A stretch of 64,000 nucleotides of DNA, taken from the IMG/VR virus record IMGVR_UViG_3300017991_000007, positions 32,001 to 96,000 of that record; one strand, given 5' to 3'. Positions within the stretch are counted from its first letter, which is position 1. Every line of letters starts with the position of its first letter. Made by a program: the position numbers and the translations under genes. The stretch comes from a virus. This document shows, in pieces, positions 35,018-44,624 of the stretch. The notes beneath the pieces are model-generated. The model saw nothing but the letters and a program-made list of their open reading frames with translations. It was not told the DNA's origin and did no database searches.

Positions 35018-37789
35018 ATGGAAGCATTTGCACCCGGCGTTGAAGTCCTCGAAAAAGAGGCGTTGGCTGTAATTGAGGCTGCGGGAACGTCTTTTTCTGG
35101 TATGGTTTGCCAAGCAGAGAGAGGCCCGGATAACGTAGTCACATTCTTGTCCAACTTTGATCAATACAAGCGGCGTTACGGCGGCTATGGAGGTTTTCTT
35201 GGCTACCCAATGGCTGAGGATTACTTTGACCAAGAGGGTGCCGGGTTGTATTTCATCCGTGCTGTTGGTGAGGGAGCCGCACAAGCCAATTTCAATTCCT
35301 TTATCTCTGCAAGGTCTTTGGAATATAGTGAATCAATTAGCGGTATGACCCTTGTATCAGGGGAGCCGGTTGTGATCCAGTTTTCCAGTGACATTCCAGA
35401 CGGTATTCTGAAAGACGGGGATCAAGTTTGGTTGCAGGATATTTCCGGCGGTGACTCTGAGGATTTGAATGACAACTATTGGACCGTTACCCGTGATCCT
35501 GACAATGACGATACCATTTCTTTGGATGGTACCGATAGTGACGATTACACCGGTTACACAAGCGGCGGTGACGGTTTCTTTGGCATTCCCGCTGGTAACT
35601 TCCTTGCCTCAAGTGTGGGGCAGTGGGGTAACAACACTCTCATTACTACAAATAAATGGGTTGCGAATCCCGCTACCGGTTGGAAAAACATTGTACCTTT
35701 GGCAATCAAGGATATTGACATTTCCGGCGGGGCTGGAAATCCGGTTATTCTGGAATTCAATGACGATCTTGAGATTCCTCAGTCCTTTGAGAAAGTCAAT
35801 ATGTGGTTGACGGGGCAGGGCGCATTGACAGGTACGCCGGACCTCAGAGGTAAGTGGGAAGCTAAGTTGATTCCGGGTGAGCCTACTAAGGTGGAATTGG
35901 ACGGAACGGATGCCGGTAATTATGCGGGCGGTCCTTACGTTGCTGATAGCGAATCAGCTACCCACCCCACTAGCACACTTTCGTTTGATGGACTTCCCCC
36001 GCAGCTTGAGCTTGGGGATGGTTTCTATCTCTTTCAGAATGCTACCGCTACACGCACAGGCTTTGGTTTTATCCTTGATATCGACGTTGCCACTCAGAAA
36101 GCTACCATCTTTGGTGATTGGGAGTCTTGGGATGACGTTTCCGCTATTGATATCTCAGCCGGTGCGGGCAATGAGGTAGAGGTCACTTTTTCAGGGGATC
36201 ACGACCTAAGAACGGGTGACTATATCTATCTCTCAGGCAGTGCGGGCATTGTAGATTCGGGGCCGGGAACTACTGATTTGGCCGGTAAGTATCAGGTTGG
36301 ACGTGTGAGTGACACCATTGTAGTGCTTGCTGATACGGATCAAGGCGATTGGACCGGGGCTTATACCGGCGGTGACGTTGCGTTTAATCCTTACTTCGAT
36401 GACACCTCTAGTATTTATTGCAATACCACTCACAAGTCCAAGACTGTAACCACTGAATTCTACAATGGTGGGACTACTTTGAAAGTCGCTTCCAATGCCG
36501 GAATCAGTAAGGGTGCGCTTCTTTTCTTTTGGGATCAACTTACCGGTGCTATCGGTCAGGTAAAAGTCAACTCTATTAATGGGAGCATTCTGAATGTCAC
36601 GTTGAATTTCTCTAACGACATTTTTGATGCGCTTGGAGTTCCGGCTGACACCAATATTGTCTCCATGAATTTCAACGTCTTGCATAATGTTGACGGGGAA
36701 ACGACAATCTTTGAGTTCTTGAATCTTGAATCTGATTGTCCGGCTGATTATATCGTAGATAGGTTGGCTGAGAGTGAATTCCTGCGATTTGACCCGAATG
36801 ATGCTTTCGCTATACCGCCGGGTATCCCCACAAGCTTATTCTTTCCGGGTGCCTACGATATCGAACAGAACATGATTCGTGGGTTGGACGGCTCGGCTGC
36901 AACGAATCAGGATTATTTGGGTACCAACACCTCGAAACTCTACACCCACGGAATGCAGCTTTTTGATTCGGTTGGTGTGCTTCCCCAATTCGCTATTCCG
37001 GGGCAGGGTGTGACCGTTCAAAAGGGAGCGGATACTTATGCTAAGAGTAGAGAGGATACCGTGTTTATCGGTGACGTGCCTTTGGCTGAGGATACCCTTG
37101 AGGAAGTCCTGAATTATCGCAACGTGACGCTGAATATACAGTCCAGTTATTCCACCTTGACTTTCCCTTGGTTGAAAAAGCAAGACCCGGATACCGCTGA
37201 GGCTGAGATTATCACTCCCCCGTCTGCAAAGGCTTTGGGCGTAATGTCCTACACCTCTCAGACACGGGGTACGCAGAAACCGCCCGCAAATGAGCAAATC
37301 AACAATATCATTGACGTGAATACCGTTGTTACCAAGCAGGAACACGGATTTATGAATGCTGCGGGCATCAACGTCATTACCAATGAGCCGGGGCGTGGTA
37401 TTCGTCTTATGGGAGCTAGGACGCTTTGGGGCGTTGCAGACCGTAAGCAGTACCTTAATGTGCGTCGGATTCTGAATGCGGTGAAAATCGGTCTGAAAGA
37501 GTTTGGGGAAACCATCGTCTTTGAGGCCAATGATGACTTGCTTTGGAAAGATATTCAGGCGCAAGGAACCAAGTACCTTGAGACTCTTTGGAAACTCGGT
37601 TGGTTCTATCCCCGCCTTGATCCGACCCAAGCATTTTTCTTTAGGTGCGATTCAACCACGAACAGAGAAGATTTGCGGTTAGCTGGAAAGGTCCGTTCCG
37701 TTGTCGGTATCAATCCGGTGCTACCCGGCGAACTTATCATTTTTGAGGTTACGCTTTGGGACGGCGGCGCAATCGTAACCGAAATATAA
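35018..37789 (+). CDS. tail sheath protein with inserted repeat domains
   Basis: APGVEV.E, AERGP, KPPANE, GIRLMGARTL, YLNVRR, VFEAND. Confidence 0.92.
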   Translation: MEAFAPGVEVLEKEALAVIEAAGTSFSGMVCQAERGPDNVVTFLSNFDQYKRRYGGYGGFLGYPMAEDYFDQEGAGLYFIRAVGEGAAQANFNSFISARSLEYSESISGMTLVSGEPVVIQFSSDIPDGILKDGDQVWLQDISGGDSEDLNDNYWTVTRDPDNDDTISLDGTDSDDYTGYTSGGDGFFGIPAGNFLASSVGQWGNNTLITTNKWVANPATGWKNIVPLAIKDIDISGGAGNPVILEFNDDLEIPQSFEKVNMWLTGQGALTGTPDLRGKWEAKLIPGEPTKVELDGTDAGNYAGGPYVADSESATHPTSTLSFDGLPPQLELGDGFYLFQNATATRTGFGFILDIDVATQKATIFGDWESWDDVSAIDISAGAGNEVEVTFSGDHDLRTGDYIYLSGSAGIVDSGPGTTDLAGKYQVGRVSDTIVVLADTDQGDWTGAYTGGDVAFNPYFDDTSSIYCNTTHKSKTVTTEFYNGGTTLKVASNAGISKGALLFFWDQLTGAIGQVKVNSINGSILNVTLNFSNDIFDALGVPADTNIVSMNFNVLHNVDGETTIFEFLNLESDCPADYIVDRLAESEFLRFDPNDAFAIPPGIPTSLFFPGAYDIEQNMIRGLDGSAATNQDYLGTNTSKLYTHGMQLFDSVGVLPQFAIPGQGVTVQKGADTYAKSREDTVFIGDVPLAEDTLEEVLNYRNVTLNIQSSYSTLTFPWLKKQDPDTAEAEIITPPSAKALGVMSYTSQTRGTQKPPANEQINNIIDVNTVVTKQEHGFMNAAGINVITNEPGRGIRLMGARTLWGVADRKQYLNVRRILNAVKIGLKEFGETIVFEANDDLLWKDIQAQGTKYLETLWKLGWFYPRLDPTQAFFFRCDSTTNREDLRLAGKVRSVVGINPVLPGELIIFEVTLWDGGAIVTEI

Positions 37790-37800
37790 GGAGTTAAGCA

Positions 37801-38277
37801 ATGGCAGACGGGCAAAGGCTTGATCCATACCGTGCTTACAATTTCCGGGTACTTGTTGGCTCCAAGGTGAGTGCGGAAATTGCTTTTTCCAAAGTTACGG
37901 GTCTTGAGGCTGAGGTTGACCAAACGGAATACCGAGAGGGAACCGACACCGCAACTCTCCGTAAGCTCCCCGGACTCGTAAAGTACCCGAATATCGTACT
38001 TGAGCGTGGTATTACCGATTCCCCGGAATTGGTGCAATGGTTTCAGGAAATCGTCAAACTCACTGAGGAAGCTGCCCTACCAAGGGATGATGCTTTCAGG
38101 ACTGATATGACAATCCAGTTGCTTAACCGCAACCTTGAGATTGTTCGTGAATGGGTTGCAACCGCCGCTTGGCCTTGCAAAATGTCCGTTGGTGACTTCG
38201 ATGCTGGAAGCAGTGACGTTGTAATCGAACAGATGGAGATTTGCCACGAAGGGCTATCTCTTGTCAGTTTCGCATAA
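37801..38277 (+). CDS. tail tube protein (T4 gp19/Afp1-like)
   Basis: DPYRAYNFRV, F.KVTGL, EYREG, KLPG..KY.NI.LERG, AWP.K. Confidence 0.92.
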   Translation: MADGQRLDPYRAYNFRVLVGSKVSAEIAFSKVTGLEAEVDQTEYREGTDTATLRKLPGLVKYPNIVLERGITDSPELVQWFQEIVKLTEEAALPRDDAFRTDMTIQLLNRNLEIVREWVATAAWPCKMSVGDFDAGSSDVVIEQMEICHEGLSLVSFA

Positions 38278-38369
38278 CTGAATACGATTCTTTGGACTAA
38301 CCATTCCCGCCTAGTGTGAGTGCAATTGCTTGCATTAGGCGGGGAAACAAAGTTTGAAAGGATAGCAAA

Positions 38370-39290
38370 ATGACGACACCCAAAGACCCTCCAAACACTC
38401 CCCCGGAAAATGAAGTAGCTGAGGTTACTGAGGCTCCAAAGCAAGAGCTTGTAAAGCCCAAGGTTCTAAAACCTATCCGCAGTACACTCAAAACTGTAGA
38501 TATCGAATTGGGCTGCGGACTTGTGCATGAAAATAAAGTGCATCGTATTATCACCGTGCAATCTGCAACCGTTGGTGATAGGAAAGCTTTTGGTGCCAAG
38601 CAGAATAGGTCCAACGGCTCCAAGATGATCACTGAGTTACTTCAATCCAAGTCGATTGATGCGCCGGGTGCCTCATTCAACCTTTCCGGGCGTTGGTTTC
38701 AACATGAAATGCTCGGTTTTGACCGGGATCAACTCTGCTATGAAATTCGCAAGGCAACCGTGGGAGAAAAGCCTTTTGATGAGGAAGTCAATTGCGCTCA
38801 TTGCGGTATTCCGAATCATGCCCTTGTGAAAGTTGCAGAGATTGAGGAAACTTTCAGACCTATGCCGGATGAGGTACGCCTTAATATTGAAAGAGGCAAG
38901 TGTGTTCACAAGGTAGAGCTACCTGAGTATGGCTTTACCGGTGTTTTCGCTTATTCGGATGGTAGGAGCCAAGAGCAACTTGCCGAAAAAGTGAGTGAGG
39001 ATGGAAATCCGTTTGAAACGGAGTTAGAGGTTATATCCGATATGTGCCTTGATTTTAATGGGGATGGTCCTATTACAGTCGAGGAATTGACGGAATTGGA
39101 TATTGAGTTTTTGAATGACCTCCAAGCTGAAATTCAGACACATGATTACGGTTACGATTTTTCACCCCCCGTCTATTGCTGGAAATGCAAAAAACCTACG
39201 ATTGTGAGGGTGAATGTTCTGGATTTTTTGTTCGAGGGTACGAAAGCTCTTATAACCTCTGTGAAGCGGCCCAAGACGTTGAAAGGGTAA
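38370..39290 (+). CDS. tail assembly chaperone
   Basis: Between tube and tape measure; DRDQL...IR..T.G; CxxC pairs. Confidence 0.75.
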   Translation: MTTPKDPPNTPPENEVAEVTEAPKQELVKPKVLKPIRSTLKTVDIELGCGLVHENKVHRIITVQSATVGDRKAFGAKQNRSNGSKMITELLQSKSIDAPGASFNLSGRWFQHEMLGFDRDQLCYEIRKATVGEKPFDEEVNCAHCGIPNHALVKVAEIEETFRPMPDEVRLNIERGKCVHKVELPEYGFTGVFAYSDGRSQEQLAEKVSEDGNPFETELEVISDMCLDFNGDGPITVEELTELDIEFLNDLQAEIQTHDYGYDFSPPVYCWKCKKPTIVRVNVLDFLFEGTKALITSVKRPKTLKG

Positions 39291-39412
39291 TGTTCAATCT
39301 GGCATACGGGCTAAATTGGTCGTACCATGATATGATGGACATGCCCGTTGAGGATTTGCTCCTATTCCACGCATTGCTTGAGGAACAGTGGGATAGAGAG
39401 AAAAGGAGATAA
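39221..39412 (+). CDS. -1 frameshift extension of the chaperone (gpGT-like)
   Basis: G GAT TTT TTG slippery site; -1 frame reads LAYGLNWSYHDMMDMP. Confidence 0.75.
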   Translation, partial: GFFVRGYESSYNLCEAAQDVERVMFNLAYGLNWSYHDMMDMPVEDLLLFHALLEEQWDREKRR

Positions 39413-39417
39413 GCCAG

Positions 39418-42291
39418 ATGAGCGTTATCCCTCTTGGACTCCAACTCTCAGCCGAAGTTCGCAATATGAGCAAGCTTCAATTGGCTAATAGGGAGTTGGA
39501 ACGCACCATTCACAATCAAGAAATGCTGAATAAGCAAGCCAAGCTTAATTCTCGTTATATGGATGAGAATACCCGCCGGTTAGAACAAGCCCGCCTCCAA
39601 CGTATGAATAACAATTACCAAATGAGGGCTGCGGCTCAAGACCAAGCTGAGGTAACTGCCCGTATGCAAGCTGCGGGTCGTACAATGACGGCTGTAGGGG
39701 CTGGTATGACCGCTGCGGGGGCTGCGGGTGCATTCTTTATGAAACGGGCAGTGGGGGAGTCCGTAAAGCTTGAGGGTGCTATGAACGGTATCCGCATTGT
39801 GTCTGGAATGTCGGATGAGTCTCTTGGGAAGCTGAATAAGAACTTTAAGGAAATGTCCATTCGGTTGCCGGGTACGGCGGTTGATATGGCTAGGGCTGCG
39901 GACGTTGCGGCTCGTATGGGTGTCCGGGGTGTAGAGGAATTATCGGGTGTGACTGAGAATGCCGTTGGACTCGCTGTAGCGTCCGGTATGCAGACGAAAA
40001 CGGCGGCTGAGGGGTTGGGGTCGGTATTCATGGCTTTCCGGCGTGGGAAGTCGTTTATTGATCCTACAACCGGTGCAATGATGAGCATGAAGGATGCTAC
40101 GGCAAGTATTTCCTCAGCGTTGATGGAAATGACCTTTAGTACGCCGGGTACGGCTCAAGAGTTGATCAATGTGACCAAACGTAGTGCGGCTGCGGCGGGG
40201 CAATTCGGAGTCACGGCTGCGGAATCTCTTGCTCTTGCGGGCGCACTTGCCGATTTGAAGCTACCCCCTGAAATGGCCGGGTCTGCCATGCTGAAATTTT
40301 ATCAGAACATGGCGAACAAAGGCCCGGAAATGATGAAAATTGCCGGTATCAATGAGGCGGCTTGGAAAAAGATGACTCCGATAGAACGTATTAAGGGCGT
40401 TTTGAAAGGAGTCAATGAGTTGGGGGCGGCTGAGAAAGCCGGTACTGCTAAGACCGGTACCCTACAAAAAGCTATCAGTATGATGGGTATGAAGGGTATC
40501 CGTACCTCAGTGGTTATGAGTGCTTTGCAAGCTGCAATGGGAAAAGCTCTTGATCCTAAGTTAGCTGCAAAAGGTGTGACACGTCTTGATGCGTTGCTTG
40601 GAAAAGCCACAAAAGCGGCTCAAGAGGCTACTAAAGCAAAAGAGACAATGGAGAAAAGGCTGAAATCGGTTGGTCAACAAATGGCACAGCTTAGTGCTAT
40701 GGTCAACATGGTTATGATTTCCCTTGGTGACGCTCTTTTGCCGGTGATTACGGCGGTAGTGGGAGTTTTGCGTAAGCTCGTAAACTGGTTCAATAGCCTC
40801 TCTGAAAGAACAAAGAACATCATAGGTCTGGTTATCGCTTTGGGGTCTGCCTTTTTACTCTTATTAGGTGGTCTGCTTTTGGTCGGTGGCGCAATAACAA
40901 TGATGTTGCCGGGTATCATGGTGTTTATAGAGTCAGCATTCATGGCTACCATTGCGGCTGAGGGGTGGGCGGGTGCTTTAGGTGTGCTTTATGCTGAGGC
41001 ACTTGCTCCAATTCTGGCAATCTTGGCTCCTATTGGTATTGCTATTCTTGCCGTTGCCGCTGCGGTTGGTACGCTCTATGCTCTTTTCAGGCTTGGAGTT
41101 TTTGATAATTTCTTAAACAAATTGGGAGAATGGAAAAAGACACTTGGGGCGGTCAAACAAGCAACGGCTGATGCTACCAAAATGACGCAGGAACAGTTCG
41201 ATCTTATGGACAAGTGGGATATGTGGGATGTTGCTGCGGGTATGGAGGCGGCTCAAAAAACTAGCACGGCTTTTTGGGATTCATTCGGTAGAGGTTGGCA
41301 AGAGGGTTTGGAGGGTGGTACCTCTTTTAAGATTCTGGTTGAAACTATCGGTATGTATTTATCCGAAACTTTTGAGCCTATTTGGGCTGCTATTGCTGAT
41401 TTATTAAATGAGATTTTTGGTGAAATGGATAGCGGGATGAATAAAGCGATTGAGGATGGTTATGCTTTTGGCTACATACTCTCTCAAATTAAGTACGTTC
41501 TTTTGGCTTTGATTCCGGTAATCAAGATAGTCTTAGGTCCGATTGCTTCCATGATTAAAACCGCAATTAATGCTGTAAGATTGTTCGTGATAGCCATTAA
41601 AAGCATTGCTACTTTTGTAGAGGGTGTGGGTAAAACGATTGCCGGTCTTTTGGTTGGTATGTTGTATGGAGATTGGGGCGGCTTTTTTGATGGTTTGAAA
41701 CAAATGGCATATAGTTTTTTCATGTTTTTTGATGCCATTATAGACTCTATTGCAGTTGCGGTATCCGATGGTGTTAGGGGTATGTTAGAGTTGGTGGATG
41801 CTGTATTACCAACGAGTTTGACGGCGATTTTTGATAAAATCATTGATAGGATTGCTGGTTGGTGGAATACCCTTAGAAATAAGATAAAAGAGTGGGCCGG
41901 TATCGACGTTGGTACTGAGGCAACTGTTGGAGCCGGGGCGCAAACCGGAGCCGGTGCTACAAAGAGGGCTGAGGCTGCGGGTGGATTAGTAGCCAAACAA
42001 AATGCAAAAGAGGCTGAGAAAGCAAGGAAAAGCACTAAGGCTAAAAAGGATGTTGCCACGAAAAAGCCCCCAAGACGAACTACCCCACCAACCCCGGCTG
42101 AAAGAGAGGGTGCGGGGATGATGACCGCAGCCGAGCTTGCCGCTACCTTGACCGGAGCATTCCCGAAAAAACTTGAGTCTCAAACGAATGTAAAGTTGGT
42201 TATGGGTGAATTACAGTTTGGTGAAGCGGTTGCGAAAGTGAGTAAGAATTTGAATAGTCGATTGGGGCAAGGAACTGCCCCAAGTTCTTGA
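39418..42291 (+). CDS. tape measure protein
   Basis: TP901-like core, Ala/Gly-rich, hydrophobic middle. Confidence 0.9.
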   Translation: MSVIPLGLQLSAEVRNMSKLQLANRELERTIHNQEMLNKQAKLNSRYMDENTRRLEQARLQRMNNNYQMRAAAQDQAEVTARMQAAGRTMTAVGAGMTAAGAAGAFFMKRAVGESVKLEGAMNGIRIVSGMSDESLGKLNKNFKEMSIRLPGTAVDMARAADVAARMGVRGVEELSGVTENAVGLAVASGMQTKTAAEGLGSVFMAFRRGKSFIDPTTGAMMSMKDATASISSALMEMTFSTPGTAQELINVTKRSAAAAGQFGVTAAESLALAGALADLKLPPEMAGSAMLKFYQNMANKGPEMMKIAGINEAAWKKMTPIERIKGVLKGVNELGAAEKAGTAKTGTLQKAISMMGMKGIRTSVVMSALQAAMGKALDPKLAAKGVTRLDALLGKATKAAQEATKAKETMEKRLKSVGQQMAQLSAMVNMVMISLGDALLPVITAVVGVLRKLVNWFNSLSERTKNIIGLVIALGSAFLLLLGGLLLVGGAITMMLPGIMVFIESAFMATIAAEGWAGALGVLYAEALAPILAILAPIGIAILAVAAAVGTLYALFRLGVFDNFLNKLGEWKKTLGAVKQATADATKMTQEQFDLMDKWDMWDVAAGMEAAQKTSTAFWDSFGRGWQEGLEGGTSFKILVETIGMYLSETFEPIWAAIADLLNEIFGEMDSGMNKAIEDGYAFGYILSQIKYVLLALIPVIKIVLGPIASMIKTAINAVRLFVIAIKSIATFVEGVGKTIAGLLVGMLYGDWGGFFDGLKQMAYSFFMFFDAIIDSIAVAVSDGVRGMLELVDAVLPTSLTAIFDKIIDRIAGWWNTLRNKIKEWAGIDVGTEATVGAGAQTGAGATKRAEAAGGLVAKQNAKEAEKARKSTKAKKDVATKKPPRRTTPPTPAEREGAGMMTAAELAATLTGAFPKKLESQTNVKLVMGELQFGEAVAKVSKNLNSRLGQGTAPSS

Positions 42292-42303
42292 TAGGAGTCT
42301 GAT

Positions 42304-42843
42304 ATGCCTGAATTAAGACCAGAGGCGCAAATAGGGCCGGGGAAGCTTAAAGCTGCCTCTAAAGGGTTTTTGGCAAATTATTATGATCCTAATGACCGGT
42401 TGGTTTTCCAATACAATCCACCAATGATTGATGAGGAAAAGAGTGTGGGTTGGACTGAAATTACTATTCCGGGGTCGGATGATAATCTCTATCAGTTTGG
42501 AGGCGGTAACAATCTGACATTAACGGTTTCTCTGTTTTTCAATCAATTGGGAGAGGCGGTTGATACCAACTATGTAGAGGATTCAATCAAATGGTTGCAC
42601 TCCTTTACTGAGACAAGGCGTGGGGTGCCAATGCAAGGGCTTGCACCCGGATTGCTGCTTTTCGGCTTTGGATCATCGGTTTTCGGAGCGGGAAGTGGGT
42701 ACGGATATTCCTCTACCCCGGCTCTTTTGGTGCATATTGAGAGTATGCGGGCAAGCCGGATGTTTTTTGAGAAAACGACACTGATTACCAGACGGGCGCA
42801 AGTCGAATTGAACTTGGTTCGTCATTTGCTTTATCCGAGGTAA
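42304..42843 (+). CDS. tube-initiator / CIS tube-like protein
   Basis: FQYNP...W.E..IPG....QF.GG...L...LFF. Confidence 0.75.
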   Translation: MPELRPEAQIGPGKLKAASKGFLANYYDPNDRLVFQYNPPMIDEEKSVGWTEITIPGSDDNLYQFGGGNNLTLTVSLFFNQLGEAVDTNYVEDSIKWLHSFTETRRGVPMQGLAPGLLLFGFGSSVFGAGSGYGYSSTPALLVHIESMRASRMFFEKTTLITRRAQVELNLVRHLLYPR

Positions 42844-42846
42844 GCT

Positions 42847-43164
42847 ATGCCTGTATATACCGATTCCAGATATTCCGGCGGGCGGCAAATATGGATACGC
42901 ACTGAGAGGGGTGCTGAGGAAAAGACGCTCCCTTTCATCTATGCCTACAAAGACGTGACGGTGAATATGACAACTGCGTTGGTTCATACCACTCAGTTTG
43001 GGGATAGGATTGATGAGCTTGCCCGGAAATATGGAGGCAAGAGTACCCTTTGGTGGGTAATTGCTGATTTCAACGGCATGTTTCGATTGCCTTTGTACTT
43101 ACCGCCGGGATTGAAGCTGAATATACCGACAAGGGATGATTTCAGACGGGTAGGGGGAACTTAA
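42847..43164 (+). CDS. LysM / P2 gpX-like baseplate protein
   Basis: GDRIDELARKYGG...WWVIADFN...PG..L.IP. Confidence 0.85.
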   Translation: MPVYTDSRYSGGRQIWIRTERGAEEKTLPFIYAYKDVTVNMTTALVHTTQFGDRIDELARKYGGKSTLWWVIADFNGMFRLPLYLPPGLKLNIPTRDDFRRVGGT

Positions 43165-44624
43165 TGCCAACCGAGCCTACCTATAAATATTCTTGGCAAG
43201 TTGATGCTTGTGGGGGTGCGACGGATGCGGGAGAGGATAATCCGATTCCTCAGCCCCCACCCACTAATGCCACGCCCGCAGATCAACTTGTAGAGCCTGT
43301 AGCTGCCCCGCCGGGTCTTGTTGCGGGTCGGTTTGGGGCGGTAGAGCGTCATGCGGTCCAGCATATCGTTTGGGCATACCCTTACGCAGACCGTGACGAT
43401 GACCGGGTAGAGGTGACGGGTATTGTAGAGTCTATTCAGATAGATATGGAAATCAATAAGGATACGGACGTTAAGATAAGTCTTGTGGACCATGCTTTCC
43501 AGCTTACCGACCTTGTGTACTTTTCGGTTGGACACCGGCTTGGGATTGAGCTTTTTGATGGTGTGAAATGGAGAGATTTTGGCAGCTTCGTTATCGTAAA
43601 CCCTCAGCGTGATTATTCGGATACCGCAAAAATCAACTTGGATTTGCGGACTAAAAAAGTGGTAATGCAGCGGAATTCCAATGCTCAAAGGTGGGAGAAA
43701 ACCAAGCGTTCTAAAGCTGTAGAAGATATAGCCAAGGCATACGGATTTGACGTTGAAATGGATGAAACGGATTTGGAGGTTGGTGAAATCACAATGGCTA
43801 ATGAGCCGCCAACGGCTTTTATCCAGAGAATTGCCAAGCTTGAGGGTTTTTGGTGGGATGTAGTCGGTAACAAGATTCGTTTTAAGAAAAGGACGCTAAA
43901 AGACACGGGTGTAATCCTTCGCTACCGCCCGGATTGGCCCGAAGTTGGTAATATAATTTCGGTTAGCTCTGAGACAGATGGTTCATCCGGCAAAGGCTCT
44001 AAGGCGATACCAGATGCAGTGAGCATTGATTTTCAGTCCGGGGAGCTTGACCCAAATTATCTCCAAGTGGTAGCTCAATTGGGACTTTTCAATACTCAGG
44101 GTAACGTAGTTGCGAGTATTGCTGATAAAGCCGGATACCAAGCACCAAACTCCAATGATTTTAGTCTCTTGGCAAGTTTGCAGCAATTCAATACGAATAC
44201 TGAGGAACCAGAGGATAAGGGCAGTGTCCTAGATGAGCCTGTATCTTATAATCCACCCTCTATGATGCTCCAAGATGCCCGGACTGCTAATGCTATGAAA
44301 AAGATGAAAGACATTCTCTATGAGTCTAACGCTCTTGGAAAATACAAATTATCAGTCAGCACTTATGCGAACAATGACATTGAAATTGAGGGAATGGTGA
44401 CGGTCAATGGAAAATTAAGTGTAGAGGATCAAGGGCTTTGGATGGTAGAGACTTTGAGCGTTGGTTTCGGAAACGGCGGGTATATGATGGAATTGGGTTG
44501 CAAGAGAGGTTCCCGCCCGGAAATTGCTAAAGGAACGGTAAGGGGCAGTGATTCAGCCAATGGGGAAGCTGCCCAAGATAGAGCGTTTGAGGAAAATGAT
44601 CCTGATAATCCTTGGGATGCGTAA
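43164..44624 (+). CDS. baseplate hub (gpD/gp27-like)
   Basis: IAKAYGF...NE...FIQRIAKLEGF; synteny. Confidence 0.75.
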   Translation: MPTEPTYKYSWQVDACGGATDAGEDNPIPQPPPTNATPADQLVEPVAAPPGLVAGRFGAVERHAVQHIVWAYPYADRDDDRVEVTGIVESIQIDMEINKDTDVKISLVDHAFQLTDLVYFSVGHRLGIELFDGVKWRDFGSFVIVNPQRDYSDTAKINLDLRTKKVVMQRNSNAQRWEKTKRSKAVEDIAKAYGFDVEMDETDLEVGEITMANEPPTAFIQRIAKLEGFWWDVVGNKIRFKKRTLKDTGVILRYRPDWPEVGNIISVSSETDGSSGKGSKAIPDAVSIDFQSGELDPNYLQVVAQLGLFNTQGNVVASIADKAGYQAPNSNDFSLLASLQQFNTNTEEPEDKGSVLDEPVSYNPPSMMLQDARTANAMKKMKDILYESNALGKYKLSVSTYANNDIEIEGMVTVNGKLSVEDQGLWMVETLSVGFGNGGYMMELGCKRGSRPEIAKGTVRGSDSANGEAAQDRAFEENDPDNPWDA

